This document shows, piece after piece, positions 13,901 through 28,000 of a DNA stretch of 64,000 nucleotides (its first letter is position 1; each line of letters starts with the position of its first letter). The DNA lies in assembly GCA_973895155.1 (NCBI GenBank), contig OZ316894.1:17080563-17144562 (forward strand), given 5' to 3'. The notes beneath the pieces were generated by a model that saw only the letters and a program-made list of their open reading frames with translations, did not search any database and was not told the origin of the DNA. Source of the stretch: Marsupella aquatica (taxonomy: Eukaryota > Plantae > Marchantiophyta). Position numbers and translations under genes: made by a program.

Positions 13901-14769
13901 ATGTCGAGGGACAATAAGGTGAAGCTGAAGTCGTCTGACGATGAGATGTTCGAGGTCGACGAGGCGGTCGCGTATGAGTCGCAAACCGTGAAGAACATGA
14001 TCGAGGACACCGGAACCGACAGCGCGATTCCCTTGCCCAATGTCTCGAGCAAGATCCTGGCCAAGGTTATCGAGTATTGCAGATACCACGTCGACTCGCA
14101 GAAAACTTCTGACGATAAGCCGGCCGTTCCCGAGGACGAAATCAAGCAGTGGGATGCGGAGTTCGTCAAGGTTGACCAGGCCACGCTCTTCGATCTCATC
14201 CTAGTAAGTTCGCAGTGCAGTACCCCTTTCTCTCACTCGCTCGCTCGCCCGTTCGTTCGTTCGTTTTTAGGGCAACAACATCATAATTATCAACGTTGTT
14301 GTGACGCTTTGCTTTGGACAGGAGCGGGTTAATTGTCTTGTCTGTCATCATCAGGGTTACGGTGTAGCCCTGACACGGCATACATGGTCTTTGAGGATGT
14401 GTTGTGACCTCAGGATTCCTCCCTCGTTAGCGCTAAAAGTAGTCGCGAATTGGAGAATCGAGGCTTCCCATAGTGTTGAATATTCCAATAACAAATGTAC
14501 TTTACTGTACTTTACTGTACTGCAGCATGGTGTGGTTTCTCATTCGTAGTGATATAGTTGTTTCTGATTCGCCATCTTCTTCATTCTTCCTACAGGCTGC
14601 CAACTATCTGAACATAAAGAACTTGCTGGACTTGACATGCCAAACTGTCGCGGACATGATCAAGGGCAAGACTCCCGAGGAAATCAGGAAGACGTTCAAT
14701 ATCAAGAACGACTTCACTCCAGAAGAGGAAGAGGAGGTCAGGAGGGAGAACCAGTGGGCCTTTGAGTAG
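13901..14769 (+). CDS. SKP1: S-phase kinase-associated protein 1 (SCF ubiquitin ligase adaptor), 158 aa
   Basis: Exons 13901-14203 and 14596-14769 with a phase-0 GT-AG intron. Motifs [101 protein letters not shown]. Confidence 0.98.
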
Positions 14770-16619
14770 TTGGTCACTTCGGGCCTCCTTTCTGGCGATG
14801 GTGTTGTTCGCGTTCTTGATTGATGAGAGGCCGAGGCAGCCAACAGTCACGGAGAGAAGGCTTGGCTTTTCAGCCATGGTGTCGAAGTTTTCCGCTCTTC
14901 TGTGAATTTGTTAAGGCTCTGGTGGTGGCCATGTTGACGTGTTTAATTGTAGGAGTAGTTAGTCTTGTACATTTTTACAAACCGACCGGTGTCGTTGATC
15001 ATGGATTTGGGGTAAATTCAGGCCTTGGGGACAGTGCCTTTTTACCCGAAATAATGGTATGGTAGATTTTTCATTCGTCTTGTCATCTGGTTATAACAAT
15101 GTCGGCAGAAATACTGACGCTACATGGGTATGGACGTTTAGGTAGAAGGACCTTATGAGTTTATAAGTGAAGACTCTTGTCAATCATACAAACCGAACTG
15201 TGAGGTCGAATTTTCCTTCACGATACAACTCCTCTTGCTCCGTGTGTTACTAAATGCTTATTGTATCGCCGGTGTTGCTTTGCAACGATGTGGTTTATTA
15301 CCTTAGGCTTCCTCTTTTAAGGGCCCTTGCCGTCTCATGCGCATTCATTTATTCTTGGTTTAAAGTTTTCGAGGTATGAGTTTTGAACATCTCCGTTTTG
15401 AGAATCTCACAGTTCAAGAATTTTCTAGGCATTGAATCGGAAATATAAACGCTAGTCTCACCAGTAACTCGTAGTCTTGCACTGTCGTTGCGTCAATTGT
15501 GTCCAATAGGTCAATCGGCCGTGATATGTGTATTGGGTGCACTCTGCCATGAATCTCTCTATAGCTCCTGTGTCGTTGTTTTTCGAAATGTTCCTACCGT
15601 GGTGGTGTCTGATTTGACTGGCTACAAATCAAGGGAAAGTTGCTTAGTTCAGATGACCGAGCACCGAAGCGAGGACAGCTTCAAGGCCGAAGCAATTCGA
15701 GTCCTCGAAAGTATCACTAATTCTTTGTGATTACACAAGTTTGATGATTGTAAAGCAAGATAGTGTAGGTCGCATTTCAGTAATGGCACTTAAATTTCAT
15801 GATAAGGACAGTTTCGAAACCCAGGTGGGCCTTTTCCTGTAGTCTGCTCAGTTTGAATCTTTTGCATGAATACCTCCAGCCTACTCTTTGGTACATAGTT
15901 TCGGTTTGCATGAGTACTATTGACAGTATGACGGCTTGTCAAACTACAACATGATTTTACATCTGCGGGGCTGTCTTGGCATTTACACACGGTTTGTTAG
16001 GAGGGTGGTATTCATAGACAGTCGAGAGAGCAAGAAGATCTGACGGGAACATTCACATTTCTAGACGCTCTATCGTTGGAGCTTCAAAATGCAATTTTAC
16101 TCAGTTTGAGGTGATTGCCAGACGCGATAGGACTTTGGATAGGATTTTGGAAAGATGCCCATGATTGAAGCTGTTCTTTGAAAGCACTTCCAGAACCACG
16201 TGCATTTTCCACTCAACCAAGAGCCGAGGGCAAATGCCATTTTGTATTCAATCTGTAAAAGTATACAACCGTTGGATCGGGGCATTCGGCCAACGTTTGA
16301 AGAAGGGCATCCTTCTTGGGACGAGTTCACTCGTTGCTTCTCTCTATCTGCCTAAAGTTGCCCCAGCAATATGAATCCTCTCAGTGGATGCCTAGTTCCT
16401 AACCCCTAATTCTGAACCCCCTAATAATTTATGATGATTTGAACACTTACAATTGAACGTAGATACCATGCAATACTAGTCATACTGGAGATTAGGGTGT
16501 TTCTATTTTACAAGTAAAACGTACATGAAGTGTGGTCTACAGTTGACGCTTATGATCAGAACGTGTTGTAATTGTAGCAAGTCTCACCAGCAAGACAATC
16601 CTCAGATGGAACACATCGA

Positions 16620-19600
16620 CTACGACCTTTGCAGCTGTAATTCAGCCTGCAAACATGTACAGAACCCTTCCAGAGTTTAGACATTATCACCCTCCCAAGA
16701 AAGCTGTCCAAAATTAGCTTCACAAAATAAGAATGACAAAGAAGCCCAGAGCAAAATGATTATACAAAGAGAGCGGAATCTATTACTTCACCGAAACAAG
16801 AATACAAAGAAGGCCAGAGCAAAAGAATGAAGAGGGCAATCTAAAGACATTAATAATGCAGAGATTTAGAAAAGAGCCCATATGTTTGCCCAAGAACATG
16901 TAACCAAACGAAAAGGTTTGCTACAGCAAATCAGGTCATCACGTCCACGTACCTCAGGAACAAACAAGGCATGAAAGCCATAGGGTACTCTTGCTGGCAA
17001 TTCAATAACAGCAACGGGATCAGGAGACATTGTTCGTGCATCGATCACAACCACCTCGGATACCCTGGCACATCACAATTCACATCCTCAGTAAAAATTC
17101 TCGATGACAGCCAGCCCGACAGTATCAAATACCAATTACTAGTCAGGGAACGAGTTGGGTCCCAGAGAATTCCTGGAGTTGGGAATTTCTGAGGTTCAAG
17201 CAAATGTAGAAACTCACGATCTCGTTTCGTCGAACACAAAGTTGAGTAAGTATCCGTCATCTTCGTCTACCTCCCTTCCACGATTCTTGGCAACAAAAAC
17301 AGGCTCGGATCCAACACGATTATGCCCATGCCAAAAAAGACCTGCAATATTCCCTCCTACTTCCGGCTTTGTAGAACCTAACTTAGGCTCTAATGTCAAA
17401 TCATATTTTGCAACTCCAATAATTCGAATTGCATCTTCAAATATAGCCGTGTACACAAATCGGTTCTTCCTGCGGAACAGTAGAGAAAGGAACATTAGAA
17501 GCTTCGAAGAGAAATGGATACCTTCCTGTTTACGAAAGTACAGACATATCATGGAACAGGTGCAGGACATGTCTTACGAAGCATATGGAAGATTGTAGAA
17601 AATAAATGAAATTGCTCAAGTTCCGAAGCTATGATACAGCTTTTAATTGAGATGCAATGCACTAGTTTCCATAGCAGATATTTAGGATCGAAAGCGATCC
17701 AAGAGTCACTTCCAGGGCTCCTGTGCATGATGACTTACCGGCCAACATACTCATCATTAATCTGTGGAAAGTCAGATAGAAAGTCTCCAAGCTTTCTCTC
17801 CACAGCCATTCCAGTCTTCATGTTGAACCGATACTCCCACCTGTATATAGTCGTGCTCAGAATCGAGAAATGGTACCATTCAGCCAAGGAAGATGTTGCA
17901 ATTCTCATCATATCAGCAACAGGAATCTGAACTTGTAAAAATGGATAAACTCAGCGAAAAAGTCTTTGCTAGTAACTTGTACACAAACGATGGTAATACA
18001 AAAGAAGCATTTGAACATAGAACATTGACTTTTGACTTAATACTACAGAAATAGTTATGGGCTTAAGTCTCAGAAAACTGGCCCCAAGATGCTGTGGCTA
18101 CGTGAAGTGTAGAGCTTAGTTTACAGAAAATTTAAGTAAAATTTTACTTTAAAATTGGGTCGGATTGTTCCTTAAAGTTTGGAGAAGAACGATAAACTTA
18201 GTTCACATTTCCACGTCCCCCGAGAAAATCTTATCAAATCTCTCTAATACTCTCCATTAGGATTTTAAGTTGTAGACAGACAAAATTTACATCTACGATG
18301 TTCCTTTCTCTCCCATTCATGGTTGACTAAGTCAAATGCCAGCTTACATCTCTATATCGAAGGTTTCCACTATGGACTTCTCGCTTACAGCAGTGACTCC
18401 CATATAGATATAAGGAAAACGGCATGATATCAAAACCACATCATCTCCTTCCTCCCATGCATTTGCTGCACGGTCAATTGAGAGTAAATGTTGTCAGAAG
18501 CAACAAACCTCGCTCATATTTTTTCCCTGAATCTGGTCTTGCAAAAATCTAACGCTGAATAACACAAACTCTGGAATGTCAAGACAATTTAAACTGAGAG
18601 TAAGCGCGGAAAAACTCGCACAAAATCTAGATAAGGCAAGACGGAGGGGGATTGGGGAAACCCATGCAGTCCACTCAAGCGAAATTACTCACCATTGTGA
18701 AAAACAGCACAAGAAGAAAGCTCAAACCAGCGAATTTGAGATTCATCTTTCGCGTATCTTGGTAAGACTCCGAAACGTGCAGGCTTCGTTTCATCAAATG
18801 AGAATACAAATTGATTCTTCCTAACCATATCCTGAATAAAAACAAAATAGACAGGAGTAGTATTAGCGACTTCTCAACTCAAATCCTGGAAATCTGATTG
18901 AGAAGACTTTCCTTTACGAACTCTCCTAAAACAACAAGAGGAATATCTCCATTCCAGGTCAATCATCACTGACTCATAACATGATCATCTACCCAGATAA
19001 AAACTTAAGCTTGAGCTTATGTTCCTAACCTCTGGCCTGAAGAACACAGGAATATCCATGAAGATGGCGTATCTTTCAGTGATAGCAAAGTCATGCATCA
19101 TTACTGGTGCTGGGATGGTGATAGGAACAGGATCCCCCATCACTCCATCTTTCGAGATAACGCGATACGTTACATAAGGAGGAGTATCCACTCGGTACCC
19201 AAATGTAAACATCTCCCCTGCAGTAGTGCAAGTACGATCAGACCACCCACGCAAAAGTAGATCCGGGGTCAAAATGACAGCATTACCATATTGTGAAGTG
19301 ACTACCTTATTCAACAAGCAGATGCATGGCCTACGAGAAACTAAGGGGGCCCAAATTCCAATCAATAGCTTGTGTTTGATACGTTGCTGGATATTCGGGA
19401 GGTCATACAAAACCTGTGTCAGGATCGATTTTTGGGTGCGCAGTAAACGAATGATTCAACTTCTTGTCATAGTCATGGCGAGCGATGGTCTCCAGGTCAC
19501 CATCTTCGAGCACCCGTATCACATCTGCAACGATATGGTGTAGTTTGAATCAGAAAGTAGGTTTGACAACATAGCCAGACACCTCAAAAGCACTTGCAAG

Positions 19601-22600
19601 ACCCAGCTGCTGCTAGTTGCAACCAAGATTGAATATCTTTTGCTACTGCCACGTATTCATTCCTGAATTTGCGCAGTCGGCCCACAGGATCAAATGATAG
19701 CATGCGAGGGTGAGCATTCTGACGGAAATATAGACCGAGCTTTGTAGCAAAGGGCGTAGGGAGGGCAACACATCGTACAGATAACAGAGAGGGTACGTTT
19801 GTCTCCAAAACTCACAACAACTGAAGCTAGTTCACCGAGCCCAAGACAATCTAGGGGGAAACAGAGAGAAGACATGCTTTACTTTAAATCGGACCTTATA
19901 CACTACTGACTTAACAACACTTGCAAGTAGGCCATACATGGCTTGTCGGCCTCGCCCAGGGTAAGAAGTTTCCCATTGTGAAAAGTCAACGCAGTATTTG
20001 CTGCACAGAAACCAGTCAAGACAAGTAGAATAAATCGCTAATAAAACGAAACATGAAATCGTTGTGGTAAATTGAAACCAATAATTGGGGAACAAAATAC
20101 ATTATTTTAATAGTAAGCTCTAAGGACCAAAACCAGGGAAGTAAAACGCTGTTTACTAAGCAGGCTCTTTACCTTGATAAGATCCATTAGACAAGTCCAA
20201 CACACCCAATTTCACTCGGAGTTGGTAGAGACCCACGGCAACAAGTCCTTTCAAACCGATCATATCTCCAATCTAGAAGACAGTTTTAAAGCAACCTGTC
20301 AAGTCATTAGTCGCTTGGAGTTACTGTTCAGTGGGATAACGTTCACATTGGTCTGTGAAAACAACAGTGAAACCTCTTTCCTACGTGAAAATCAGCTCAA
20401 ATTCCGGCATTCCTAGGTGTCAGCATATGACCAAGGTGACAATTTCAAGCTTCTCATCCGCTCCACAAACAACCGTTTTAACTAGAAACAAAAAGAACGG
20501 AACACATTTTGAAACATCAGAAACCTTTCCATGCATATGTGCCTCTGCAGTCTAACGTGCGCCCCCTTGGAATCACACTGCGTACTTGGGATCGGAGGGA
20601 TTCCGTTGCTGAACGTCATCATGAGGAACCTACCTTGCATATCATAATGTAGAATCATTTCCGTCCTTTTCACCTTCAACCTCAATCTTTGGACATAACT
20701 GTTCCAAATTGCTATACCTGGATTCAGCGAATTCTTCCAGTTATAAGAGAAGCAATATTGGAGAAGAAACTAACCCTGTCGAACTTCGGACTGCCCCAGT
20801 ATTCCTCCTGTGCTAATCGTGCTGTCTTTACATAGCGAGAGACGAAAGTCACATTCCCATTCTTGATTCTCAAACCATGTAACATTCTGCACACGGCACA
20901 TGGAAGCACCACAGTAGTCAGGACGAATGACAGCACAATTTACAATAAGCAAGGCCAACAAGTACAAGTAGAAATGGAGGAATGGCCCAGAGAAGAGGAC
21001 TGTAGCTCCTTGTGGGTCCTCTGTTCAAACCAATGTGAGACCTCTTTAGTCTTCTTGGGGTTTCCCCTGTTGTTCCCTGCCTTTATTGGGTCTTTTGCCT
21101 TTGGGACTCCCTGTTTGGCGCTTTTGTTCTTTGGCACTATGATATATATTATGTAATTTCGTGTCTCGTACTTTTGATGGCTTTTCCATTATTTTATTCA
21201 TTTAGTATTGTGGATTTCTTAAAGAACACTACTAATTATTTAAAAAGAGGCACAGGTTCCGGTGAGCCTGGCTTACGGAACTTGATACGTCCAAAAGCCA
21301 CGCTAACCAATTGCTAAGAACGAACCAAAAAGCACATGCCAGATACAATAATACTGTTGCCGCGCAGAGACCCTCTCCACTTCCATGAATGACAACCCGC
21401 TTACGGCACTCAGCGAAACACAGATTTTCAATGAGCCTTGCCCAAGTTGGAAAAGACATTAAAGCCTAACCATCCTCACCCCAACCTGCAAGAATTTCCT
21501 ATTGAGCAACGGCCCAGGGTTACAACATAAGCCAGAAGTGGTTTTTTTAGCAGAATACCCGTCTCCATCGAACCTGCATCCAAACAGGAAGAGCGACGGA
21601 TCAGAGGAGTTTAAGCAAATCAGGATCCTCACAGCCTCACATTTCAGAAATCGTCTGACTAGCTGTTTGCTTTCCGTCACCTCACGATAGACAGCCCTGT
21701 TTCCTCAGATTATTCACGCCCACAAAGTAAAATCCTTGAGTTGATCGCACATTACAACTTTGCAAGGTGAAGAAGACTGGACTGGAGCTAACTCGTCAAA
21801 CTAGACTCTTGTTCATGTTACCTGTATAGGTATCATGGTCCTATTAGAGATAGAGTACTGTGCCAAAAGAACGTCTGTCCAGCAGTGGAATGAATTGATA
21901 GAATTGAAGTAGGCCAAATTTGTAGCAATGCGACATGAATCGTGGGTCGGGAGTGGTAATAAACGAAAGGGGCCATTACCAGTGGTACCCAGCCAAGGGC
22001 TTGAACTTCGGATTTGGTCCCGCCCGCACGAACTCGCCGTTGAGACATTCCTGGTTGAAAGAAAGCAAAACCTACGTCTGAGTTGTACTCAATATAAAGC
22101 TGATCGCAACTCAAATGTCTAATTTCCCGGTTCAATACCTTCCGTAGCTCTTTAAGTATATACAACTTCGTGGTAGATTGACAGTCACAGGCAAAGTCCG
22201 TGCCAGACAGCCACAGCCGGTGGCTGAGCTTAATTTCATCACTTCATCCATGTGGCTCTTTGAAAAAGAAATGGCCCCCTGATCAATACTTCGGTGAGTG
22301 CAAGTTTAGTCTCGGTGACTGGGTGTACTTGCAGCAGACAACGCTGTGATAAGCTCCAATGTAATGGGAGCTGTCATTCTACCACAAATCATCGGAATTA
22401 AACTTGGGGATTAAGCTTTCATGTGAATTGAGAACTTTGATGTGGCGATGGGAACCTCTGGAGTGCGCATTTGTTCTCCTTCATCAATGGAATTCCTCCA
22501 TGAGATCTTTCCTCCATGAGATCTTTCATCCTTTCAAATCCTCTAAGTGAAGACGTTTAAAGTAGTTTTGGTCCAGAAACTGGACGTTCAGCTGAAATTC

Positions 22601-23235
22601 ACAGGAATTTATTAGCTCAAGAATGAGGCACTCACAGGCAGCTCCCCTTTCACGGAGAGAACACGCTCAGGTCCGAACTCCTCGACAGGTGCAAAGTTGC
22701 CGAGCAGGAAGTAATTGTTCGGCTTTGACAACCCTTGGAAAGCCAGCAACGAAACGCCTTCCAACACGTCACAAAAGAGACCCAAAAAGTGGGTGTACCA
22801 TGGCCTCTTCACTGGGAAAATATGGGTGGTCTGTCTATCACCGTCCACACTCTTGCTCTTGGACTGCTTAGCGACGAGCAAGCTCTCCCCCTTGCCCGCA
22901 AGCCCAGATATTTCTTCTGCTGACGCTCTCAGCTCACGCTCCAAGTGAACGACAATGCCTGGGTCATCCCTCTCTGTCCTCTCAACCAACTGAGTCGATA
23001 GCCCCAAATCTCTAATGCCTCCCAATTTCTTGACTCCAACGGAGTCCCCCGTTTCCAATCCTCTCTCATTCTTCGATCCATCGATCGACAGCTCTGCGAT
23101 GGGTTGCTTCTTTCTGGAGCGCTGGGGCTTCTCCAATCTCGTGAATTCCGCACCCAATCGACGAGCCTCTCGCCGATGCACGGTGCACAAGCGAAATGGA
23201 GGGCTTCGCAGCAATTCACCACTCTGCAGCATCAT
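16620..23235 (-). CDS. Carotenoid cleavage dioxygenase, CCD1-like, ~669 aa, 14 exons
   Basis: Phase-consistent exons 23235-22636, 22050-21980, 21573-21559, 20886-20775, 20272-20173, 20000-19938, 19524-19414, 19217-19030, 18831-18693, 18465-18348, 17840-17739, 17469-17218, 17064-16953, 16646-16620. Motifs [72 protein letters not shown]. All four Fe-binding His are present. Confidence 0.95.
21030..21152 (+). mobile_element. Short TA-tailed interspersed repeat in a CCD intron (copy 1)
   Basis: TTCTTGGGG..CCCCT..ATTGGG..TTTGCC.TTGGGA..GGCACT.TGATATATAT aligns by eye with the reverse complement of 53389-53569. Confidence 0.55.
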
Positions 23236-23875
23236 TTTGGGGATATGGGCTAAACGTATTCCTGATTGGTATGTTGCTCAATCTTTTCTTGAGTGGGGTA
23301 CATCAATTTGAGCTTTTCTTTCACCTTCACCACCAAAGGCAACTTGGGCTCAACATCAAGATTACACTTGAGATTTCATTGCAACAACTTTCAATGCTCT
23401 GATGCTATTCAAGGAGTTCAGCAGAGATAAGAGGATCGACATCGTTTCAGGCAGTATCATGACCAAACGTATCTTGCACGTATCTTGCTCGTGGTGAGAA
23501 AATGCACGACCACAGAGCTCTGATCCATCATGATGCTCATGAGCGCTCAGAATCACTCAGACTGATGTTCTGTGTGGATTGATTTGTGGGTTGCATGGCT
23601 GCAACGAGACAAAGAGTGACGAGGCTGTTTGCAGAATCTTCAATTGTGGTGTTCCCGTTTCGACTCTACTCTATCTTTTATGATGATGATTATAAAGATT
23701 GTTCACTCTCGACCTCTTTCCTGCATTTTCATGCATGGAGAAATTGAAGCACGGATGGAGCTCCACGTTTGCCAAAATGTTGCATGCATGGAGAAATTGA
23801 AGCAAATATAGACCTCCACTTTTCGATATCCTTTTGGAACTCTGAGGACTGCAGCGAAACCCGCGTAATAGATGG

Positions 23876-24157
23876 ATATGGCACAACAACGAGACGTTTA
23901 CTTAGGAGATTTGTCAATTATCAATGAAATCTAAGCATTAAAATATAGGCATCTAGCTTTTTCTTTCATATGGCACAACAACGAGACGATTGCTTTGAAG
24001 ATTTGTCAATTATCAATGAAATCTAAGCATTAAAATATAGCCATCTAGCTCTTTCTTTCATATGCATGGCACAACAACGAGCCGATTTCTTTGGAGATTT
24101 GTCAATTATCAATGAAATCTAAGCATTAAAATATAGGCATCTAGCTCTTTCTTTCTC
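23876..24157. repeat. ~92-96 bp tandem repeat x3 upstream of CCD
   Basis: Unit ATGGCACAACAACGAGACG...GAGATTTGTCAATTATCAATGAAATCTAAGCATTAAAATATAGGCATCTAGCT..TTTC. Confidence 0.9.
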
Positions 24158-24249
24158 ATGGTTTGTTACTTTATGATGTGGCAAAAAGTCTTGTCATGTC
24201 CAGGTACATGGCTGCCAGTTCCACTCGCATGTCCTGCCAAATCTTCGGG

Positions 24250-24337
24250 ACACTATATTTTTGCAAGCTTGTGATTTGGGTTTTGTTTTATTAACACTAT
24301 ATTTTTGCAAGCTTGTGATTTGGGTTTTGTTTTATTA
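24250..24337. repeat. 44-bp exact direct duplication
   Basis: ACACTATATTTTTGCAAGCTTGTGATTTGGGTTTTGTTTTATTA x2. Confidence 0.9.
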
Positions 24338-24539
24338 AGTTACTGCCATAGTTGACGATGTTCTTGTACATCAAACCCAGGTTTTCTTGAAGCAAAGCTG
24401 TTTGTTGAGACACCTTTTGCTTCACCCACAACTTAGATAGGTTTTCTGTGTAGCATGTTATTTTTTTCTTGAATTGTTGTTGAGGTAGAGCTCTTAGGAC
24501 ATAGCTTGTCAGTTTACAGTAGTTGGTTTTCCTTCATTC

Positions 24540-25200
24540 TGTTCAATACACCATTTTCTATTACCTCTTATATACATAACTTTTCTGAGAAATAGATTGA
24601 GACTTTATTCAAGATTGATGGCAAGTTTAATCTCATTAACATGTTGATCAAAGTGATTCCGTATAGTGGTTTTGCTAAACATTGTAAATCACTACAGATT
24701 TTACATCAGACTAGTTAGTGACCTGGGGAGTCAGTTGGGTCCTATATAATTATGTATGCTCTATCTAACATATTGTCAACTGCGGTTTAATTCTCTTTAA
24801 CTCTTCCAGAGATAAATTTATTTTCTAGAATTTCCCATGGATACACATATGGAGAGTAGAAGCAATCATGCTAGGTACTTAGCTCAGGACTAGAGTTAAG
24901 GGGGGATTTTACTGAACTCTAGCGCCTAGCTAGTAAGGTTAACTAGGGTGCATACTAACTATGGTTAAGGGTTGTTGGGTTAGACTAGTAGAGAGGGGAT
25001 ATACCCTTGTGAGAGCACTTAATTGTGCTCATACTTAGATATCATTTTCAAGAGTAGATATTAAGAGGGAGTACTATCATAGAGTAGCTTCTGAGCTTGT
25101 TAGGCTATGGCAAATGTACTAGTTTGTGTGTAAGGATTATTCTCACATATCTAGGTGTCCATATTGATTTCTTGTTTAGGTTGGTTCTCAATGATGTTGT
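24540..25200 (+). mobile_element. Degraded Ty1/Copia 3' fragment (RNase H end, polypurine tract, partial LTR)
   Basis: Reads KIDGKFNLINMLIKVIPYSGFAKHCKSLQIL, resembling the Copia C-terminal KIxxxxNxADxLTKxL...F motif. Purine tract AGTTAAGGGGGGA at ~24894-24906 follows. Confidence 0.5.
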
Positions 25201-25258
25201 GATGTGCGATATTTCCCCAACGTGCACCACATTTCCCAAAATTTGAGTTTAAGTGTAA

Positions 25259-25623
25259 CTAGCCCCGACTACCCGTTCTTTGAACAAGAATAGAGGAGAG
25301 GACAATAAAAAATACTACCAAAATATATACCTTACTCACATTCTTTGAATGATAAAAAAAACCATCAAGCATTTCATAATTTTAATAATCATTCATAACA
25401 TATCATACTCTTTTCTATGCTCAAATGTTACAGTGTGGGCATAGAACACATTTTTTAATGCAAATAAAAATCATGACAAAAAGTCTTCATGATTATCATT
25501 TGACATACATAGTAGCCATGAGTTTTTCATCCACATGATGAACCATAGAGTTACAGTCTACAGGCTTCACTCTAAAAGACTAGGCCACCACTTGAGCTTA
25601 TAGTTGGCTCTTTATAAGTAAGA
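25259..25623 (-). mobile_element. Non-autonomous mini-Helitron (365 bp)
   Basis: Minus strand A|TCTTACTTATAAA...GTTCAAAGAACGGGTAGTCGGGGCTAG|T: 5' TC, subterminal hairpin, 3' CTAG, A|T target. Homologous to 49808-50188. Confidence 0.85.
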
Positions 25624-26879
25624 TAACTTGATGTTTATAAATTCAAATTTAATTTTGAGTATGTGCTAGAGGATTAGGTAAGCTGCACTTCTATCAAAGT
25701 GATAGTGAATTTTTGGCCAATTTGGTTGAGTAATTTTATTAGATTAATTTTGGTTGATGAATTATTTTAGATTAATTTTAATTGTGTTGATTTGAAATAT
25801 TAGGGTTTGTGTTTTTTTAATGTCTCCTCCTTCTCTAGTTGACTTGTAGATGAAAAACTACAAATTTAATACTCACAATCATCAAGTTGTAAGCACAAAA
25901 CTCCATGGAGCATCGGTATCTGTTCCATTGTGTCCAAAATGTGATACATTCTCCAAAATAGTGATCTATCCAGGCTTTTCTTTCATTCAGTAATGTAATC
26001 AGGGAAGTTGAATATTCTAATCAACTTTTAATTATTTTTCCATTAAAGATGTTAAAATTGATAGTATCTCTATGTTTTTTTTTTGGATTTACAAGTATAT
26101 CACTAATGATTACAAGTGTCAACAAAGTAACTAGAAACCAAAGCCAGGATGAACTTGAAGGTTGTCTCCCATCATTTCCTTCCATGCACTGTGACACATA
26201 AACTATGCATTTTACACCTAATGATGAGAAAATCTAGGTAATCAATGTTCTAATTAATTGTTTACTACATTTCAAGTACGTTAGAAGACTCTGTACACTT
26301 GAAAGTGAACTAAAAATATGTATTGAATGAAACAAAGGTTTACATCTAGTATTGTATTTGAAATTTTTGAGACCTTTGCAACGACAAAGTACTGGAAGTG
26401 CTTATTATAACAAAAACAACACTCTTTGAAAAATATCATTTCTTGGAGCTCTGCAGTGGGAAATTTAATCGAAGTGCTCTTTGTGAAAGAGCAACGCTCT
26501 CTGAAAAATAAGATTTCTCAACAATACGCTCTTAGATTAAAATCTGAGATAGCTTTGTTGCAGCAAAATAATCAAACCTCTCCTTAACACAAGAGCGACA
26601 CTCTCTGGAAAATACAATTCCGTCTCAAGAGCAATGCTCTATGAAAATCAAGATTTGCACCCAGTTTTCCTAGTGGAAATTGTTGTATTGGTTCATGGGA
26701 TTGTGTTGCTTGTTTCCCCCTTTGTGGGATTTTTGCAATCAGAAACTATAATACAAGGTTGCGCCATTTTATGGCGTGGTCGTCATTCAAATATGGCGGC
26801 CCGTTTTGAGTGGGAACAAAGCAAACCAGGGAATAAGGAAGCAATAGCCGCAACTCAAAAAAGATTGCACTGCGTAAAT

Positions 26880-28000
26880 GGCGTAGCGAGGCGGCGACCA
26901 AGCACAGCCCGGCACGACTCCTCCCTCGGCCGCGACTACTGCCCCTTCCTGTCTGGCCAAGCCGGCTCCCTGCCTCCCTCGGCCGCACGACTACCTCCCT
27001 GGGCCGCTCCACTACTACTGGACGCCCTCGCTTGGCTGCCCGACTACCTCCCTCGGCCGGCCTCCCTGCTTCCTGCCACGGCGAGCCCCAGCGCCCTCGC
27101 CTGCCTGCCTGCCTGCTGCCGTGCGCCCTGCCTGCCTGCCTCGCCTGTGCCTCGCCCTCGCCCTCGCCTGCCTGCCTGCCTGCTGCCGTGCCTGCCTGCC
27201 TCGCCGTGCCACCTGCGTGCTGCTGCTTCGGCTCGCCACAGCCTCAGCTGCATGACTACTGCCTCACGAGTGGCCTGCCTCGCCTGCCACGCCACTTGAA
27301 GGGCGACGAGGAGGGATTTGCGAGGGCCCTGCCGCCGACTCCCCTCGCCTGAATGTCGTGCCTGGAGAGGGGGCGCACCAACTCGCTGCCTCCCGCCTGG
27401 ACCTGCCTGCGACCCAGAGCCCTGCCCTCGCTGCGGACTGCCATGGCCCCCCAACCCTGGCGGCGACCCCCGTTGGTCGAGTCCGCGCCTGGACTTGTCC
27501 AGCCGCGACGCCCTCCCTGCCACGATGCTGCCTCCTCGGGAGCCTTATTACCGCCCCCCAAGCCTGGCCGTCACCCCCGCCGGTCGAGTCCGTGACCGGA
27601 CTCGACGCCCTCCCCTCTCTCCTCCCTCACTGCCGCGGCCCCCGACCCTGGCGGTGACCCCCATCGGTCGAGTCCGCGCCTGGACTCGACCCTGTGATGC
27701 CCTCGCTACCTCATGCCGTCCCCTGCGGTGCCCTCACCGCCCCCTGCTGCGACGCTGCCTCCCGCAAAGCCCTCGTTGCCCCAAGGCTGTAAGGAATGCC
27801 CTCGCTCCCGCGCCCCAGCGCCTAGACCTGCCTGCCTCCACCCAACGCTCGAGGGAGAGGGATTAATGAGGGAGAGGTCGACCAGTGAGAGGGTGCAACG
27901 AGGACAACGGAGCGGCAACGACAAGAGGGAGCGGTGATAAGAGGGGGCAACGACGACGACGACACTGGAGACCACTCTGGCCCTCGCCTGGACCCAACAT
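26880..28000. repeat. GC-rich low-complexity segment with (CCTG)n and GGTCGAGTCCG(C/T)G repeats
   Basis: Many cctgcctgcc runs and three copies of ACCCCC.TCGGTCGAGTCCG. The many overlapping ORFs here are compositional artefacts. Confidence 0.7.

Noticed and set aside
13588-14199. 203-aa and 142-aa antisense ORFs
   Set aside because: Shadow ORFs of GC3-rich SKP1.
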